From Octopus sinensis (taxonomy: Eukaryota): a DNA stretch of 64,000 nucleotides. The position numbers and the translations under genes are program-made. Position 1 is the first letter of the stretch. Every line of letters begins with the position of its first letter. The notes beneath the pieces were generated by a model. It saw only the letters and a list, made by a program, of their open reading frames with translations, had not been told where the DNA came from and ran no database searches. Location: contig NC_043000.1 in NCBI RefSeq assembly GCF_006345805.1, forward strand, positions 39,618,001-39,682,000, read 5' to 3'. Positions 23,594 to 36,169 of this stretch are shown piece by piece.

Positions 23594-26500
23594 ACTATCA
23601 CTTCGTGCTTTTTGTGCGGGTCGTAATTTGTCGCAGGATTGTTGAATTGTCGAATTTGCTGTTATTGTTTTGGGTACTATTTACGAAGAGTGTTCCGGTG
23701 CGCGCACTCGCGTACTCTCGCATCCGCGCTAGCTAGTCGTGACTAGTCGATCCTTACTTTGTGTTTTTGTGTTTTATTTTGTTTAAAAATGTATTTACTT
23801 TGTGTTTTTGTGTTTTATTCACTTTGTTTTTAAAAAAATTTATTTTGTGTAAAAAAATTATTTATTTTGTGTTTTATTTACTTTGCTAGGTAGTCGTTGT
23901 AGGATCGACTAGTCACAACGAGCTAGCACGGAGCGCGAGTGAGCACACCGGGACCACTCTTCTTAAATAGTACCATTATTTTGTTGTGTTTTTATAAAAC
24001 ACCTTGCTATCTGCGTTCGGCAGACTTTGTGAACGTTATTATTTTTTTTATTTGCCTCAACTGTGGGATTTATCCCAGAATAATGTATTGTTCTTCTCTA
24101 GAAGAGAAACCCGCGAAAATGCCCTTGGAGAAAAATATTACGAAAACTGTGAAAATGTCCTCGGTTGAAGAGAATAATGTAAACAAGAAAACAATGTCCA
24201 TTCCTGAACCAAAGTCTGATGTGAACATGCAGCCTACTGTAGAACAACCCAGTGAACAAACAAAGAAAATTAAATTCGCAGCAGCAGCTGGAATTCACAA
24301 GGAAAAATTAAATATAGAACCAGCAACGTTGATACAAAACCAAAAAATGTTCGAAAGGGAGGCAAACCATATAAAAGACATTCTCCCTGGTAATTTAATA
24401 GATAATACAGCCAGGAAAACTATTGTTTGTAAAATCCTCATATTGAGCTTGACAAGGCATCGAAGGAGCAAGTAGAAAAGTGCCTACAGCCTATTTGGTA
24501 AGACATTGAATTCATCACAAGAAGATTTGCAAAAAATTATTGTGTACTTCAAGAGTGAAGAAAAGGCAAAGGTACACTCATTAAAACTGCTCAAAACCAC
24601 ATACCTACTGTCTACATATCTAGGCAGACGCACTTCACGAGTCACCATAGAAGGCGGCGACCTGGCAGAATCGTTAGCACGCCGAGCGAAATGCTTAGTG
24701 GTATTTCATCTGTCATTACGTTCGGAGTTTCAAATTCCGAGGTCGACTTTACCATTCATCCTTTCGGGGTCGATCTAATCGACTGGACCCTTCCCGAAAA
24801 ATTTCAGGCCTTGTGCCTAGAGTAGAAAAGAATCACCATAGAAGATATTCCACCTGAAATCGATGTTACTTGGTTATGTGCAGCCCTTAAAATGGGTTTA
24901 GAAGATAAAATTACCATTTTAGAAGCATCCAAAATACAACAACAGAATTGGAAGGGACAAGTTCTTGAAATTATTGCTGAAGCCGCACCACAAACACTTG
25001 AGGAGTTTGTGGAAAACATTATCCTCGGGGAAAAGACAACGCTTCCTATAATGATTGAGTGTAGGAGACCTCAATGCTTCGAGTTTGGCAAAAATGGCCA
25101 CATTCGAGCCAGGCTGAAGAAGCAATAGAAGCAACAACCAAGACGGTCGAGCCCAAATTACAGGAAGAAAAGCAACCACAGGAAGTCGACACCTAACCAT
25201 CCGGGAACGAGGTAATGGTTGACGACTGCACTGTGGTAAAAAGGAAGGAAGTGGCCAAAAGAAAGAACAATTCCCCAGAAAGGACTTTACTGCGTCCATA
25301 TATGATGGCCTAGTCAATCAAAGGAAAAAACGATCCATGCAAGATACAGAATAGGAGGGAGTATAATCCTTTCTCCAATATAAGGTAAGCCATTTTATGG
25401 ATGCACTTACCATATGTTGCTTAAATGTGCGTGGCCTGGAATCATATTGGATGCAAGGTCGCTTCCTAAATGATCTTCGGTTACATAGACTGGATGTGGT
25501 AGTGGCCATGGAAGCCAGGCTGAGTAAGTCACGGTCCCCACTCCTGAGTGGCTATGAGAAATCCTGGTTTCTGAGACAACAATATTTATCGACCTGTAAG
25601 GCAGGCTGGTCGTTCTTGATGTGACAGTCAGCAGAGTAAGACTTTCAGGTTGGTTGGTGTCTATGTCGCCTGTGGAGCTGGAAATCTGATTTTTTAGAAG
25701 CCTAGAGAATTTCTTAGGTACGTCGCACACTTTAGTAATATTAGGTGATATTAACACAATCTGTGATGCACGCATAGATTGTGTTGGCTTGAATCCAAAT
25801 AGAAGGGGAAACCCATACCTCACCGATCTGTTTAGTCGCTTTCTGCTGGCAGACCGATACAGAATGGAATTCCCGAATGATCCAGTGTGGTCCTGGAGGA
25901 ATAGCAACGGGTCTTCTAGATCTCATCTAGACAGGATTTTAGTCAGACCTAAGGATAAGAACATGGTTAGTTGTACACAGTTTCATTATGTCACCTACAG
26001 TGATCACAAAATTGTGTCTTGTGCGCTTGTCTAAGATAGGTTATGTAAACAAGGTTCCCGTTACTTGAAACTCAATAATTCTCTTTTGACCGAAGAGGAG
26101 TACAGGAACCAGATTAGTGAGTTAGTAAAGAGGGCTCCGAAAGGCACCATTATTAACAACAAATGGTGGAGAGCCCTCGAAAGAGCCATTAATATTGAGT
26201 CAATTAGATGGAGAACTAGCAGCTAGAAATAATAAGTCAAGGCTTTAAAAGTGGCAGTGCATCCCGAGTGTTGAGATTGGCTCTCAACTAAAACCTCGAG
26301 GCTAAAATATGAAGGATGCATTGTCAGGGCTAAGCTATGTGCAATGGGTCGAGAGAGAATCTGCGCGGCAAGATGGCCCTGTGCAGTAGAGCTCAACATG
26401 GCAACGACGCCAGGGTAAGGTCTATGACGAACAGCCAAGGGCAAGTGGTGAACGAACCCAAGGAGATTGCAAGGTTTTTCACGAACATTTTGGCCGGCTT

Positions 26501-28638
26501 TTTGGGAGGGGAGATGGACCGGAGTGCAGGGTGGATCCTACAGACTTCCTTGCTGGTTTGTTGCATCTCTCGAGACAGAAACGGAATGTTGTGAAAGGCC
26601 GATCACAGATGTGGAAGTAGAGGGTGCCTTGTCGGATTGTTGTGGGGACAAGTTGCCGAGACTTGATGGTCTTCCCTACAAATTTTACAAATGTATGCCA
26701 GACTTGTTTGGGCACCTAGTGGCATGTGTTTTTATGAAATGGCAACAGAATGGATTCATCCCCAGATCTGTGAGCCGGGGAGTAGTGACCCAAACAAAGG
26801 GGATATTATATATAACTTCCAGCCCATCACTCTGCTTAACGTAGAGCTGAAGATTCTGGCCAAGGTATTAGCGAAAAGATTGGTGCGGTTCGTGGGTGGA
26901 TTGGTAGGGGAAGCACAAACCTGTTCCGTCCCGGGCCGATCCATACACGACAATCTCCATCTTATACGTTATACCTTAGAGTGGGTTAATAGGGTTCCTG
27001 ACAATGGTGGGGCGCTTGTACGTTTTGACCAGGCTAACGCATTCGACAGGGTCGACGGTCTGTATCTGGTGACGGTTCTTGCTGCAGTCGGTCAGGGCCC
27101 AACCTTTCATGGTTGAATCATTTCTTTGTACAGTAACATTGATTCGATCATTCGGGTGAACGGTTTCTTCTCAATACCATTCTATATCAAGCGCTCTTTT
27201 CGTCAAGAATGTCCACTCTCCACCCTTCTGTATGTGCTGGCTCTCGAGCCATTATTATGGCGGTTAGAGGGTATGGGTGGTGTTCCGTGAGATCTAGGCT
27301 GTGGAAGATTAGTAATGGCGTACACGGATGACATCACCATCATCGTATCTGAAGCAAAATACCTACAGATGGTAGATGAAGCTGATAAAGAATGCGAGGT
27401 AGAGACAGGAACAATAATTAACCATGATAGGTCAGTTGGCCTGCAGCTCGGCACCTGGAGAGGCAAGTCGATGTTGTCCAACAGCGTCATGGGACATTGG
27501 ACAGATGGTCCGGTGAAAATGCTCGGGGTCTTGTTTGGGCCAGACCTACAGTTAGAAAAGAATTGGAGCGAGGTCATGAGCAGGGTGGCCCATCTAACTC
27601 AGACCTGGCGGAGGCCCCAAATGTGTTCGTTGCATCTGTGATCACCTACTGCCTGACCGTCGTGCCTTGTCCCGATTCGTGGCTAATCAAGATGGAACGA
27701 CTGCTCTTCCACCTTTTGTGGAAGAGCAAAGGGCATCTTGTAATGCACTCTATCTGTTGGATGTTCAACAGGTGTGGTCTCTGTTCATTAAACTGTTGCT
27801 TCTTAGGTTCACTAGTTTTAATGAACTAGAACCATGGATCAGATGTTGACCAAAGTTGGGTGTTTGGTAGGCCAAGTGTTGCAAGGCTCTCGTGCTCTTC
27901 TGCCGCAGAGGCAATTCTGGTAACATGGGTTCCACCTTGTCATTTTATAGAGGGTTAGTAGAGACCAAGTGTGACGATGCATTGGGGAAACTCTGGACTT
28001 TGATGAAGATCAACTAGCTAGCCTGTTCCAAAGGACATTTGGGCCGGGACTCCTGGATATCTTCCAGAGGTCCATTGCCTGGCAATGTTACTGGGGATTC
28101 TTACCTATTCACGATAAATTCGCAAGTTATGGTGCTCATGCTTGCCCAACTGCCCAAGATGTGGACGAGACAGAGAAGGTAAGTTTTGTTTTCTCATTGT
28201 GGTCACTGTAGCAAAAGATGCAATATGGAGGATAAGTATGAACGGAATGATGACAGGTATCTTCATTTCCAGCCAAGGTTTGGTAAACTGGTTTGTCTTC
28301 TTTCTACAAAGGAAGATAAGGCTAGAAAGGAGATACCTGTCATCAGACACGTTTGATAAAAGATGGAAGCAAGTGGCATGCTGTTGGGTATGAAAGGTCC
28401 TACATAAGTGTATCCATAAAAGGTTAATAAAAGCCGGCTCAGTGGAGGAGCGTGTCTTGCGGGATCTTGACTGCTCCCCCACTCCATTGTATTGTGCCTC
28501 TGTTTGTCCCCTCATTCGCTATATAATTTCCATAAATTTTAAAATGTTTCTTTCTGTAAATCCACTCGTTATACTGACCCCATATCCATCTTGTATTGTC
28601 CCCTCTTTGTTTGGACCTTGTGCCTTGTAATAAAATTC
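23594..28638 (+). mobile_element. Tx1/L1-clade LINE, full length (~5 kb), decayed; 17-bp TSD
   Basis: ORF1 remnants (YLGRRTSR, degenerate CCHC CFEFGKNGHIRA); APE (CLNVRGL, SHLDRIL, SDH); RT (GLDGLP-like, FQPITLLN, FDQANAFDRV, AYTDD). TSD cataagtattaa[c/a]caat at 23577-23593 and 28639-28655. Confidence 0.93.
23673..23974. repeat. GC-rich ~80-bp inverted repeats enclosing a T-rich loop, in the Tx1 5' UTR
   Basis: ggtactatttacgaagagtg..gtgactagtcgatcct pairs with aggatcgactagtcac..cactcttcttaaatagtacc. Confidence 0.88.
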
Positions 28639-28646
28639 CATAAGTA

Positions 28647-29078
28647 TTAAACAATGAAAATAGTCAATGCTTTTAAATTTTGTAGACTTTCGGTTTTTGG
28701 TGCCTCGATTCTTTGTGCCTTTTCTCTGTTATATGAATGAGAGATGTCCTTGATTTGTGCGGGATTGGCTGCTATTTCTAATTTAGGAAGTGAGATGTCT
28801 ATTATTTGTGCGTAGTTTGGTATCTCTTTCCTATCTAAGATACTTTCTACACTGTTCATTGTTTCATTTTGTTCAGAAAAGACAAAATGGGGAATCTCTG
28901 TCGTAAAGGAGTGAGGAGCAACATTCCAAAATGATGGATTTTCATGGATTTCAAATTTCTCTTTTGTGTGTGTAAAAAAAAGCATAACTACAGATTCATA
29001 ACTCCACTCCACCGAATTTGTTGACTCATTACTACCAGAAAAATCTAACGAAATTATCAACTAATAATCACTTAGATC
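28647..29078 (-). CDS. Orphan ORF (137 codons open; candidate terminal exon, acceptor at 29079/29080; first ATG-started product MNSVESILDRKEIP..)
   Basis: Open frame, while the paralog at 8.3 kb is broken. Acceptor ctatag|gatctaag is conserved with a copy at ~31450. No family recognised. Confidence 0.42.
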
Positions 29079-29816
29079 CTATAGATTACAAAGCATTTAT
29101 TGCTTTTTTCCCCTCACACCACCCCAGTCCTGATCGATTTTGATCATTTTCATTTTTCTTATCTATACACTTAAAGCCCATGAGCGAAACCAAAAAATCG
29201 AAAAATTCTGAGAAAAACGTGTGATTTAAGGAAGAATTGGTTGTTGTTTCTAGCGCATCCCAAGACCTCCCACCTCGTTTCTTTCTCACTCTCACATCTA
29301 TTGATGTTTTTCAATAGTTTTCTCCCCATAACACATTTTATGGAATGATAATGCGAAAGTAACACATGTAGTCCATTGCTGGGATATAAGCGATAAATAA
29401 ATGATAATTAAAATTTTTACTCGCATCACAACTGAACGAGGCTGTATAAGAAAAAATCATTTACTAACAGAAAATTATGCTATCAAAATAAATCATCTTT
29501 TATATACCGCTCATTAAAATCACTCTGGATAAATCTCAGCAATAATCTTCTCAGACTCTCCAATATCTTTGAATTATATTAACAGAAACATTCGGGGATA
29601 GGGAGTGAGGCGGTTTCATTTTTTTAAAGGCATAAATGTGTTTATGGGGGAAAATATTAGAATTTAGTAAAATAACTAAGTTATCATTCAGCTAGTATTA
29701 GGAACATAAGTTGTGGCTAAGGTTTGGTGGAAGATTTTTATTGAAACTCATGGAAACAAGACATTTGTCCTCAGTTTCAGCCGGGTTGGTAACAAAAGGG
29801 TTAATGTGTGTGTGTG

Positions 29817-29858
<42 letters not shown>

Positions 29859-31490
29859 TGTGTGTGTGTTTCTATATATTGTATTATGTGTTTATGTGTA
29901 TTTGTGTATGTGTGCAGCTAGGATTCATGTCTCACTCTCATCACCCTCTTTTTCTCAGTGTATGACTAACTTTGTATGTGTGTGAATGACTGTGTGTATG
30001 AGTGTGAATGATTATCTGTTCAGTTGGTAAAGAGAATGAAAATCGGGCTTGAAGATCAAAGCGTGTGTGATATATCAAAGTGAAAAATAAATACATAAAA
30101 TCTATTAATGGATTTTACCGAACATGCCATCAAAACAGCTGGGAAGAAATGACAGATAAAATATCTATATCGGAAGAATGACAAAAAATCTTCCGAAGGG
30201 TTGAGGAAAGGAATTTCAGAAAATTCACACGATCCGACATTTTCCCCCTCATAGCTTTAAGGAAAATGGGTGTGTTTTAATGAAATTTCATACAAATATC
30301 TTTCCAACGGTGTAGATTACGATTACAAAGAAACCTGCGGGCAAATTTTTGGTAAGGGCATGAGGAAAAAGTGCGTGATTGAAAGGAAATTTGGCTGTTG
30401 TTTCTAGCATATTGCAAGACCACATGCCTTGTTTGTTTTGTTTTCTTTCACTCAGATGCTTTTCAATATTTTCCCTCATAAACACTTTTATGCTACAAAA
30501 AAAGGAAAAATTTGAAAATTTATGGTGCTTTTTAGCTGCACTCTCTCCTTGATTGTTTCTGTTAATATAATTCTAAAATATTGGACAGTTTGAAAAGATT
30601 ATTGCTGAAATATATCCAAAGTGATTTTAACAAGCTGATTTATTTTGATAGCGTAATTTTCTGTTAGCAAATGGTCTTTATCCTTACACACACACATACA
30701 TGGCCTCGTTCAGCGATGCAAGTAAAAATTTTAATTACCATTTTTTTTTTTTGCTTATATCCCAGCAATGGACTATGCGTGTGTTACTTTTGCATTATCA
30801 TTCCATAAAATGTGTTTCTGGGGAGAAAAATATTGAACAATGTCAATAGATGTGAGAGTGAGAAAAAAACAAGATCTCAGGATGTGCTATACAAAACGGC
30901 CAGATCTCCCTTGAATCACACATTTTCTTCTAAAATTATTAACAGTGTTTTTTTCCTTTAACCAAAAATGTTTCTTTCACGGGTTTTAAATGTATAAGTG
31001 AAAAATAAAAAAACAGTTGACCAAAATCAGTCCAGAATGGAGTGGTAAGGGGGTTGGAGGAGTGAAAAAAAATCATAGATTTTCAAACTTTTTCCTTGTT
31101 TTTCATGATATCTCCCATCATTCTGAAAACTGTGCTGAAAAAAAAAGTTGGAAAAAATCCCTGTCAAAATGGAGAAATTCCAACTAATGTGGACCGTCTG
31201 ATCCAAGACTTCATTTTCCAGAAACTCCTCCCCATGCCCCCTTCTAAAATGTTTTGCTTTCAAAATTTCTTTGCAGTTATAATCTACAATGCTGGAGAGG
31301 TATTTGTGTAAAATTTCATTAAAAAATAGCCGTTTTCCTGAAACTTATGAGGGAGAACATGTTAGGTTATGTGAATTTTCCAAAAATCCTTTTCTCAACT
31401 CCTCGGAAAATTCGTTTCCAGCAAATCTTTACATATGCTCAGTCTACAGGATCTAAGCGATTATTTGTTGAAAGTTTCGTTGAAAAGTAT
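29040..31490. repeat. Inverted duplication: ~29040-29560 versus ~30590-31490 (right arm carries ~350 bp extra sequence)
   Basis: e.g. gtccattgctgggatataagc / gcttatatcccagcaatggac; ttatggaatgataatgc / gcattatcattccataa; gatctaag.gattatt on both strands. Confidence 0.83.
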
Positions 31491-31559
31491 CCATTTTGCT
31501 GGAAGTTATGGGGCAACAAATTTGGTGGGAGGAGTATATATCTAGTTATGCATCTATTA

Positions 31560-31920
31560 CTTGTTTCAGTCACTTGACCGTAGCCTTGCTGGAACATCGC
31601 CTTTGAACAAATTGACAACATCAGGACTTTTATTTTTAGCCTATTACTTCTTCTATTGGGGGTCTTTTGCCGAACCGCTAAGTTACGGAGAACTAAACAC
31701 ACCAACACCGATTAAGCTTTCGTGGTAGGACACACACATACACACACACACGTGTGTGTGTGTACGATGGGCTTCTTTCAGTTTCTGTCTACGAAATCCA
31801 GTAAAAATATCGGCCTGAGGCTACAGTAGAAGACACTTGCCCAAGGTGTCAATGATTGGGACTGAACCTGGAAGTATGTGGTTGGAAAGCAAGCTTCTTA
31901 TCAAACAGGCACAACTTTGC
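31560..31920 (-). mobile_element. SINE (same family as 5875 and 7030)
   Basis: Reverse complement reads ataagaagcttgctttccaaccac..ccaggttcagtccca..accttgggcaagtgtcttctactgtagcctc. Confidence 0.72.
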
Positions 31921-31989
31921 CTAGTGATGATATATTTACACCATGTCTTCATGAACATCCTTAGCAACACAAACTTAGAGACGAGCATA

Positions 31990-32380
31990 ACTGTTCACAA
32001 ATTTCATTTCATGCATCAATATTTTCCTCTAAATGTGATTGTTCCAATCTTATAGAAAATACATGTACAGTTTTCATATTAATTAAATATATTTACGTTT
32101 ATGTATTGGATACATTAGTTATTATTGCAAACATTGTTCACATGAAATTCTGGGATGTCATTATTGTCATCTCTAGGTTTCTATCACAGCAGGCTTTCAT
32201 TATTTTAGGGGCATTTTACTTTCACTAATTTATGTGAGTTAGCTGCATGTTAAGCCAGTTCTTTTCCACAGTTTCATTCACAAATGAAACATAACTTGTT
32301 TTTCAGAGTTTATTTGACACAAACAAAAGAATAATTGAATCTAAAAACAATAGTGGAACTGTACTTACTCTGTAATTTCA
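31990..32380 (-). repeat. Paralog of 6560-6960 (+), candidate non-coding exon region
   Basis: ttccactatt..ttag|a.tcaattattc..ctgaaaaacaagttatgtttcatttg..gtgatagaaacct..gaatttcatg shared. Confidence 0.82.
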
Positions 32381-32759
32381 CATACATATACAGTCATTTA
32401 CACACAATTATCCACACACATACACAGATCTATACATAAATCTGTCTTATGCTTATGTATTTTTTTAATATTGTTATTCTTAATTTTTATGTAATTGTTT
32501 TTATGACAATAACTACAACCTGTCTATGTATTAACAACTCAAAATACTTGTTTAGCTGACAATTCTAAACGAAAGCCAGTTCACCTGTGATCTATTTCTT
32601 TTGTTGTTGATTAATTTATTAATTTGTGTATGATCTATTTCTTTTGTGTATGATTAATTGAGCAATATGTGGCTCTATTCGTGGAGGGTGTTTGCGTTAA
32701 GTTTGACAGTATGCATAATAATAACATAAACCACAGTATCCCATCTAAGAATAAGAATA

Positions 32760-33200
32760 TATTAAAAGAATATGAACTAGATTACGGCTGGAAGACAGCA
32801 GTTTACTCAAAGTAGCCACCCTCAGCTTCCACCATGGTCCCAAGACAACTCCAGAACCTGGCATAAGTATTCTCACTTTGTCCCTGGAAAAATCTTCAAG
32901 CACCTCCTTCATCTTGTCTACTTGCTCAGCATTTATGTTGAAACAGAACAGTCAGTGTCTTTCTCAACTGCGCCTCACAAATGATTACAACCAGGAGAAT
33001 TAAGAGGCCAGGAATTAGGGATGAAGAAAGCATAGAAATTCTCTGAGAAGTACTTTTGATTCTTTGCGGAAGTCTGAGTAGCAATCAAGAGACACACCCA
33101 GACATGAGCCTGCTGCTTTGTAGTCTCTGTTGCTGCTGTGCATGTCATGTCTTACATCTTTTACAGTGTTCAGAAAGCATTTAACAGCAGTCATAATGTC
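32760..33200 (-). mobile_element. maT/DD37D transposase C-terminal fragment
   Basis: SENFYAFFIPNSWPLNSPGCN and ARFWSCLGTMVEAEGGYFE*. Confidence 0.75.
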
Positions 33201-34219
33201 AGCATCTTTTATACCCAGTATGAATCATAATGATACAGCTAACTCTCTTCCAATATTCAGATGGTTTCCAGTCCTCTGTGTTAGTTAACCTTTTAGAACT
33301 ACATCTTTAATCTTTATTCTCTCCAACAATGTTGAATTTTCACCAATACATAAAGTGTTTTTTTCTTCCTGAAAGGTGACATAAAATATTGTGGAATTAA
33401 GCCTGAGCATGCTGTGTCCAAATGTTTCTATTTACAAAATGTCAGACTCTGAACTTGTGGTGTGTAAATTGTTTGTTTCTTAATGGCATCATAGAAATGT
33501 ACCTTTTATATGAATTATATCTGACAGCTAACTCTCGTTGGCTCCTGTCTTTCAGTCTATTCTGTATTTAACCTTGGAAAGCTCTGAAATGGTGTGTTTT
33601 TCAGAGAAATAAATTTTGCTTTTGAAATCTTCAATCCAAACAGAAAATCATCCATAAATAATTATTATTTCACCAAAGAATTAACCTAAAATACAGGAAA
33701 AGAGCTTAAAATACTACAAATAAATATAAAATTTGATAAAAATACTCTGATGCTTTATCATAAATACTCATGTACCAAATAAAAATTTTAAAATCGTGAT
33801 TCGTTTTTGTTTATTATTAATACAATGTTATGAAGAATATCCTTATTTTATTTCATCATGATTAACTCTATTATACCTGAATTTTTTCATTTCTTTCATT
33901 TTCTTTCTCAAGATATTCCCCTTTAGTTCGTCAATTTTCCAAATCAACTGAAATTTATTTTCTGACCCTCCGCTGTTATCACTGTTCAGTGAGGAAATTT
34001 GCTCTTTTAGTTTCCCATTTTATTTCATTAAAAGATCTACTTTCTGGTTCAAGTTTTTCCCTATCAAGTTCCTGCAACACATGTGTATGCTGTTCTTTAA
34101 CTTCCTGGAAAGATTTGGTCTCCAGTACAAAGTTTTGACGAAGATTTTGCAATTTTGATGCACTGGCACCATCCTCCAAACCGGTTGCTCGATTGGGCAA
34201 TATGGTGCTTCACACTACA

Positions 34220-35560
34220 CTAGATCTACAGTTCCGATTTCGGTGGGAACACTGTCATCCGTAATGCTTTCGCTTCACCACCTGTAATTATCCGCTTTAC
34301 CACCTTGACACAATCTAATCTTTCTTTGATCCAAAGCTTCATAAAGCAGACATCCAGTTCACACCCGATAAACGACAAGTAGTCCAGACCTAGGAAACAA
34401 GGATACTTCATTTCCACCACGTAGACTGGAAGTGCGACCTTTGACCTGCAACTTCAATCAGGACATCAGACGATTCTCTCAAGTCAGTACATTGTTCAGT
34501 AACTCCATACAACTGCCATGATAACTGGTAGGTTTTGATGCTGTAACATCTTGAGAGTCACAAATGTCTGCTCCAAAGCCGAACCAGTCACAAGGTGACA
34601 TTTCTAGCCGTCACTTCTACCATCCATTTGTATACTGTCAATTACAATCCTTTCACCTCTTCTCAGAGTTGGGAGTTCTTTGGAATATTCGCTGGCAGTT
34701 GCCCCTTAACACCAGCCTCTTCTAGTTTTCCGACTCACCTTTGTCTTTCGTTACCTTCTCAATATCCTTCTTTCATGTTGGGCAGTCAAAACTAAGATGT
34801 CCCTTTCCACCACATGTCCCAAACTCTCTCCTAAGTGTGAACATTTTACTACCGTCCTGCCTTTGCTCTCTCTTCAGGATACAACAATCTGGCATCGTGT
34901 GTCCTTGCTTCCCACAAAGCCAACAATTTATTCCAACTATCTCTTGTTCCTTCTTTTTCAAACAGCTTTATTTTTTACGTCCAATCTTCTCGTGGTACCA
35001 ACAACTTCCATTAAATCTTCAAGCTTCATGTACTTGCTCCTTCCTTGCTTTGAATCTAGGACTGTAGTCCACCTGAAATCTTCCTGTGCCAGACCGTACG
35101 ACTCAAATTCCAGAGCTTTAGCCAATGTCTCTTGAACAGTATTTGGCTCTGCTTGTTTCACTTGAACTTTGAGCTCTGCACTGCCCTGCCCTGCCCTGAC
35201 CTGACCTAAACATCGATAAACTGCTCTTTCTGAAGAAGACCTAAAGGTGCCTGGACAAGCAGTGTGATTCTCCTCTAACCCTTATGTGGGTCTGAAATCG
35301 TACCCCGTACACTTCACTCAGGCACATTGTGCCATATCTTCTCACGAACAGTTCAACTATTGAAGAATATCAACTCCTGTCCTCCACAGACACTGGCTCA
35401 GTACCTCTAGTGTAGTGCCCTGTAGACTAGTAGCAAGCTGAACTGCACTTTGCTCATCATCCTATCCATTCTGGTCAGTCAATAGTTCAAATTGGACATG
35501 GTAGGCCTCCCATGACACTTTTACCCTCAAATACTTGTGGCCTCTTTTTAATAGGAAATC
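34220..35560 (-). mobile_element. Ty3/Gypsy gag-protease remnant
   Basis: SWEAYHVQFELL..NG..AVQLATSLQG..LEVL gag N-terminus; knuckles CWLCGKQGHTMPDC and TCGGKGHLSFDC; FLGLDYL protease C-terminal motif. Confidence 0.8.
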
Positions 35561-36075
35561 CACTGTGGCTTTGCACATCTTTAGCACCAATTTTTTGCTT
35601 GGTTTTTGTTCTATCTAATATCATTTAGCAAGGTCTTTACCAAAAGATCCTACTCATTAAGTTCTTTTAAACATCATAATTAAAATGAGAAAGTAAATAT
35701 TAGGCGCAGCTCTCCCAGTTTTGGCCCTACATTTTTTATAACTTTTTTCTACTGTGAAAATGTATAGCTTATGAAATACCCGAGACATTTTGTGTCAGAG
35801 TCAATTTTGGGCATTACCTACCATAGTTTTGGCTACTTAAGACTGCATAACATCTTTTTACTACCTAATATCTATTAAAGAGACTTTCACTAAAAGCTTC
35901 TACTCATCAAATGCGTTTAAAAATTATGATTAACTTATAGTTTGCTTTTCCAATAACTGAGAAATTATGAGGCAAAGTAAGTATCGGGTGTTACTCTCCC
36001 ATTTTTGGCCCTACATATTTTATCATAACTTGTTTTCTACAGAACCTAATTTCGATTATTTTATGTGAAAGTATT

Positions 36076-36104
36076 GCCCCGAGCAATGTTGGGCACTTCT
36101 GCAA

Positions 36105-36140
<36 letters not shown>

Positions 36141-36169
36141 TTGCAGAAGTGCCCAACATTGCTCGGGGC
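36076..36169. repeat. Perfect 30-bp inverted repeat flanking a (TA)n run
   Basis: gccccgagcaatgttgggcacttctgcaag (36076-36105) and its exact reverse complement (36140-36169). Confidence 0.92.

Noticed and set aside
33979-34200. 73-aa coiled-coil-like ORF next to the Gypsy remnant
   Set aside because: Short, no motif, no splice or paralog support.
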